Origin: Schizosaccharomyces osmophilus
Lineage: Eukaryota
NCBI RefSeq assembly: GCF_027921745.1
Contig: NC_079238.1
Span: forward strand, 1,860,001-1,924,000
Length of the DNA: 64,000 nt
Direction: 5' to 3'
The notes below the pieces were generated by a model. The model was not told the DNA's origin and searched no databases. It saw nothing but the letters and a program-made list of their open reading frames with translations. Each line of letters opens with the position of its first letter. Within the stretch, counting starts at the first letter, position 1. Made by a program: the position numbers and the translations under genes. Of the stretch, positions 63,420-64,000 are shown in pieces.

Positions 63420-64000
63420 ATGAGTCAAGTTGTGTTGAAGGATCTTTTTGCTAGAGACGCTCCTCTACGTGAGCAACTCAACAAAGAAGCAACAAATTTG
63501 CAAAAGGTCGTCTTGTCGGAACGTCAATTTTGCGATCTTGAACTTATTTTAAATGGCGGCTTCAGTCCTTTGGAGGGATTTATGACTCAAGAGGATTATC
63601 AAAGTGTCGTTCACAACTTGCGCTTAAAGTCCGGTGCCGTATTCCCCATTCCCGTTACCCTGGACGTGAGTGAGAAGTTGGCCGAATCCATCAAGGTGTC
63701 AGACCGTGTCGCGCTTTTGGATCCTAGAGACGAACAAACAGTGTTAGCCATCCTCACCGTGGAAGACCAGTATGTGCCCGACAAGGTTGTGGAAGCTGAA
63801 AAGGTTTTTGGAGCTAATGATCGTGCCCACCCTGCTGTAGAATACTTATTTGGTACTGCAGATAATGTTTATCTTGGTGGTAAGCTTCAAGCCGTTAACC
63901 CTATACGCCACTTTGATTTTGTTGCCTACCGTTATACCCCTTCCGAGCTCCGTTCAGAGTTTGAGCGTAACAACTGGAAGCGTGTCGTTGCTTTCCAAAC
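63420..64000 (+). CDS. sua1: Sulfate adenylyltransferase, 5' part (truncated by window)
   Basis: MSQVVLKDLFARD...ERQFCDLELILNGGFSPL.GFM...VVAFQ. Confidence 0.95.
   Translation, partial: MSQVVLKDLFARDAPLREQLNKEATNLQKVVLSERQFCDLELILNGGFSPLEGFMTQEDYQSVVHNLRLKSGAVFPIPVTLDVSEKLAESIKVSDRVALLDPRDEQTVLAILTVEDQYVPDKVVEAEKVFGANDRAHPAVEYLFGTADNVYLGGKLQAVNPIRHFDFVAYRYTPSELRSEFERNNWKRVVAFQ

Overview
Fission-yeast DNA (Schizosaccharomyces; 5S-associated centromere repeats point to the octosporus/osmophilus/cryophilus clade, not S. pombe) covering one side of a regional centromere and the adjacent chromosome arm. Bases 1-~40,300 have no intact protein gene. They hold 15 tRNA genes, a three-copy ~2 kb 5S rDNA tandem repeat, three copies of a tRNA-Asp/tRNA-Val cassette, two solo LTRs with perfect 5-bp target-site duplications, a decayed 25S/28S rRNA fragment and microsatellites. 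Manual six-frame reading suggests most of the apparently unique spacer DNA is heavily decayed LTR-retrotransposon coding sequence: many Ty3/gypsy-order pol relics and at least one relic with Ty1/copia motifs and domain order. These relic calls rest on short motifs recognised by eye and need a frameshift-aware profile search. Bases ~41,400-64,000 hold rpb1, hmo1, ngg1, toa1, hrd3, sfr1, mdm12, an aldo-keto reductase, cwf7, ppi1, mep33 and partial sua1, the order found next to S. pombe centromere 2.
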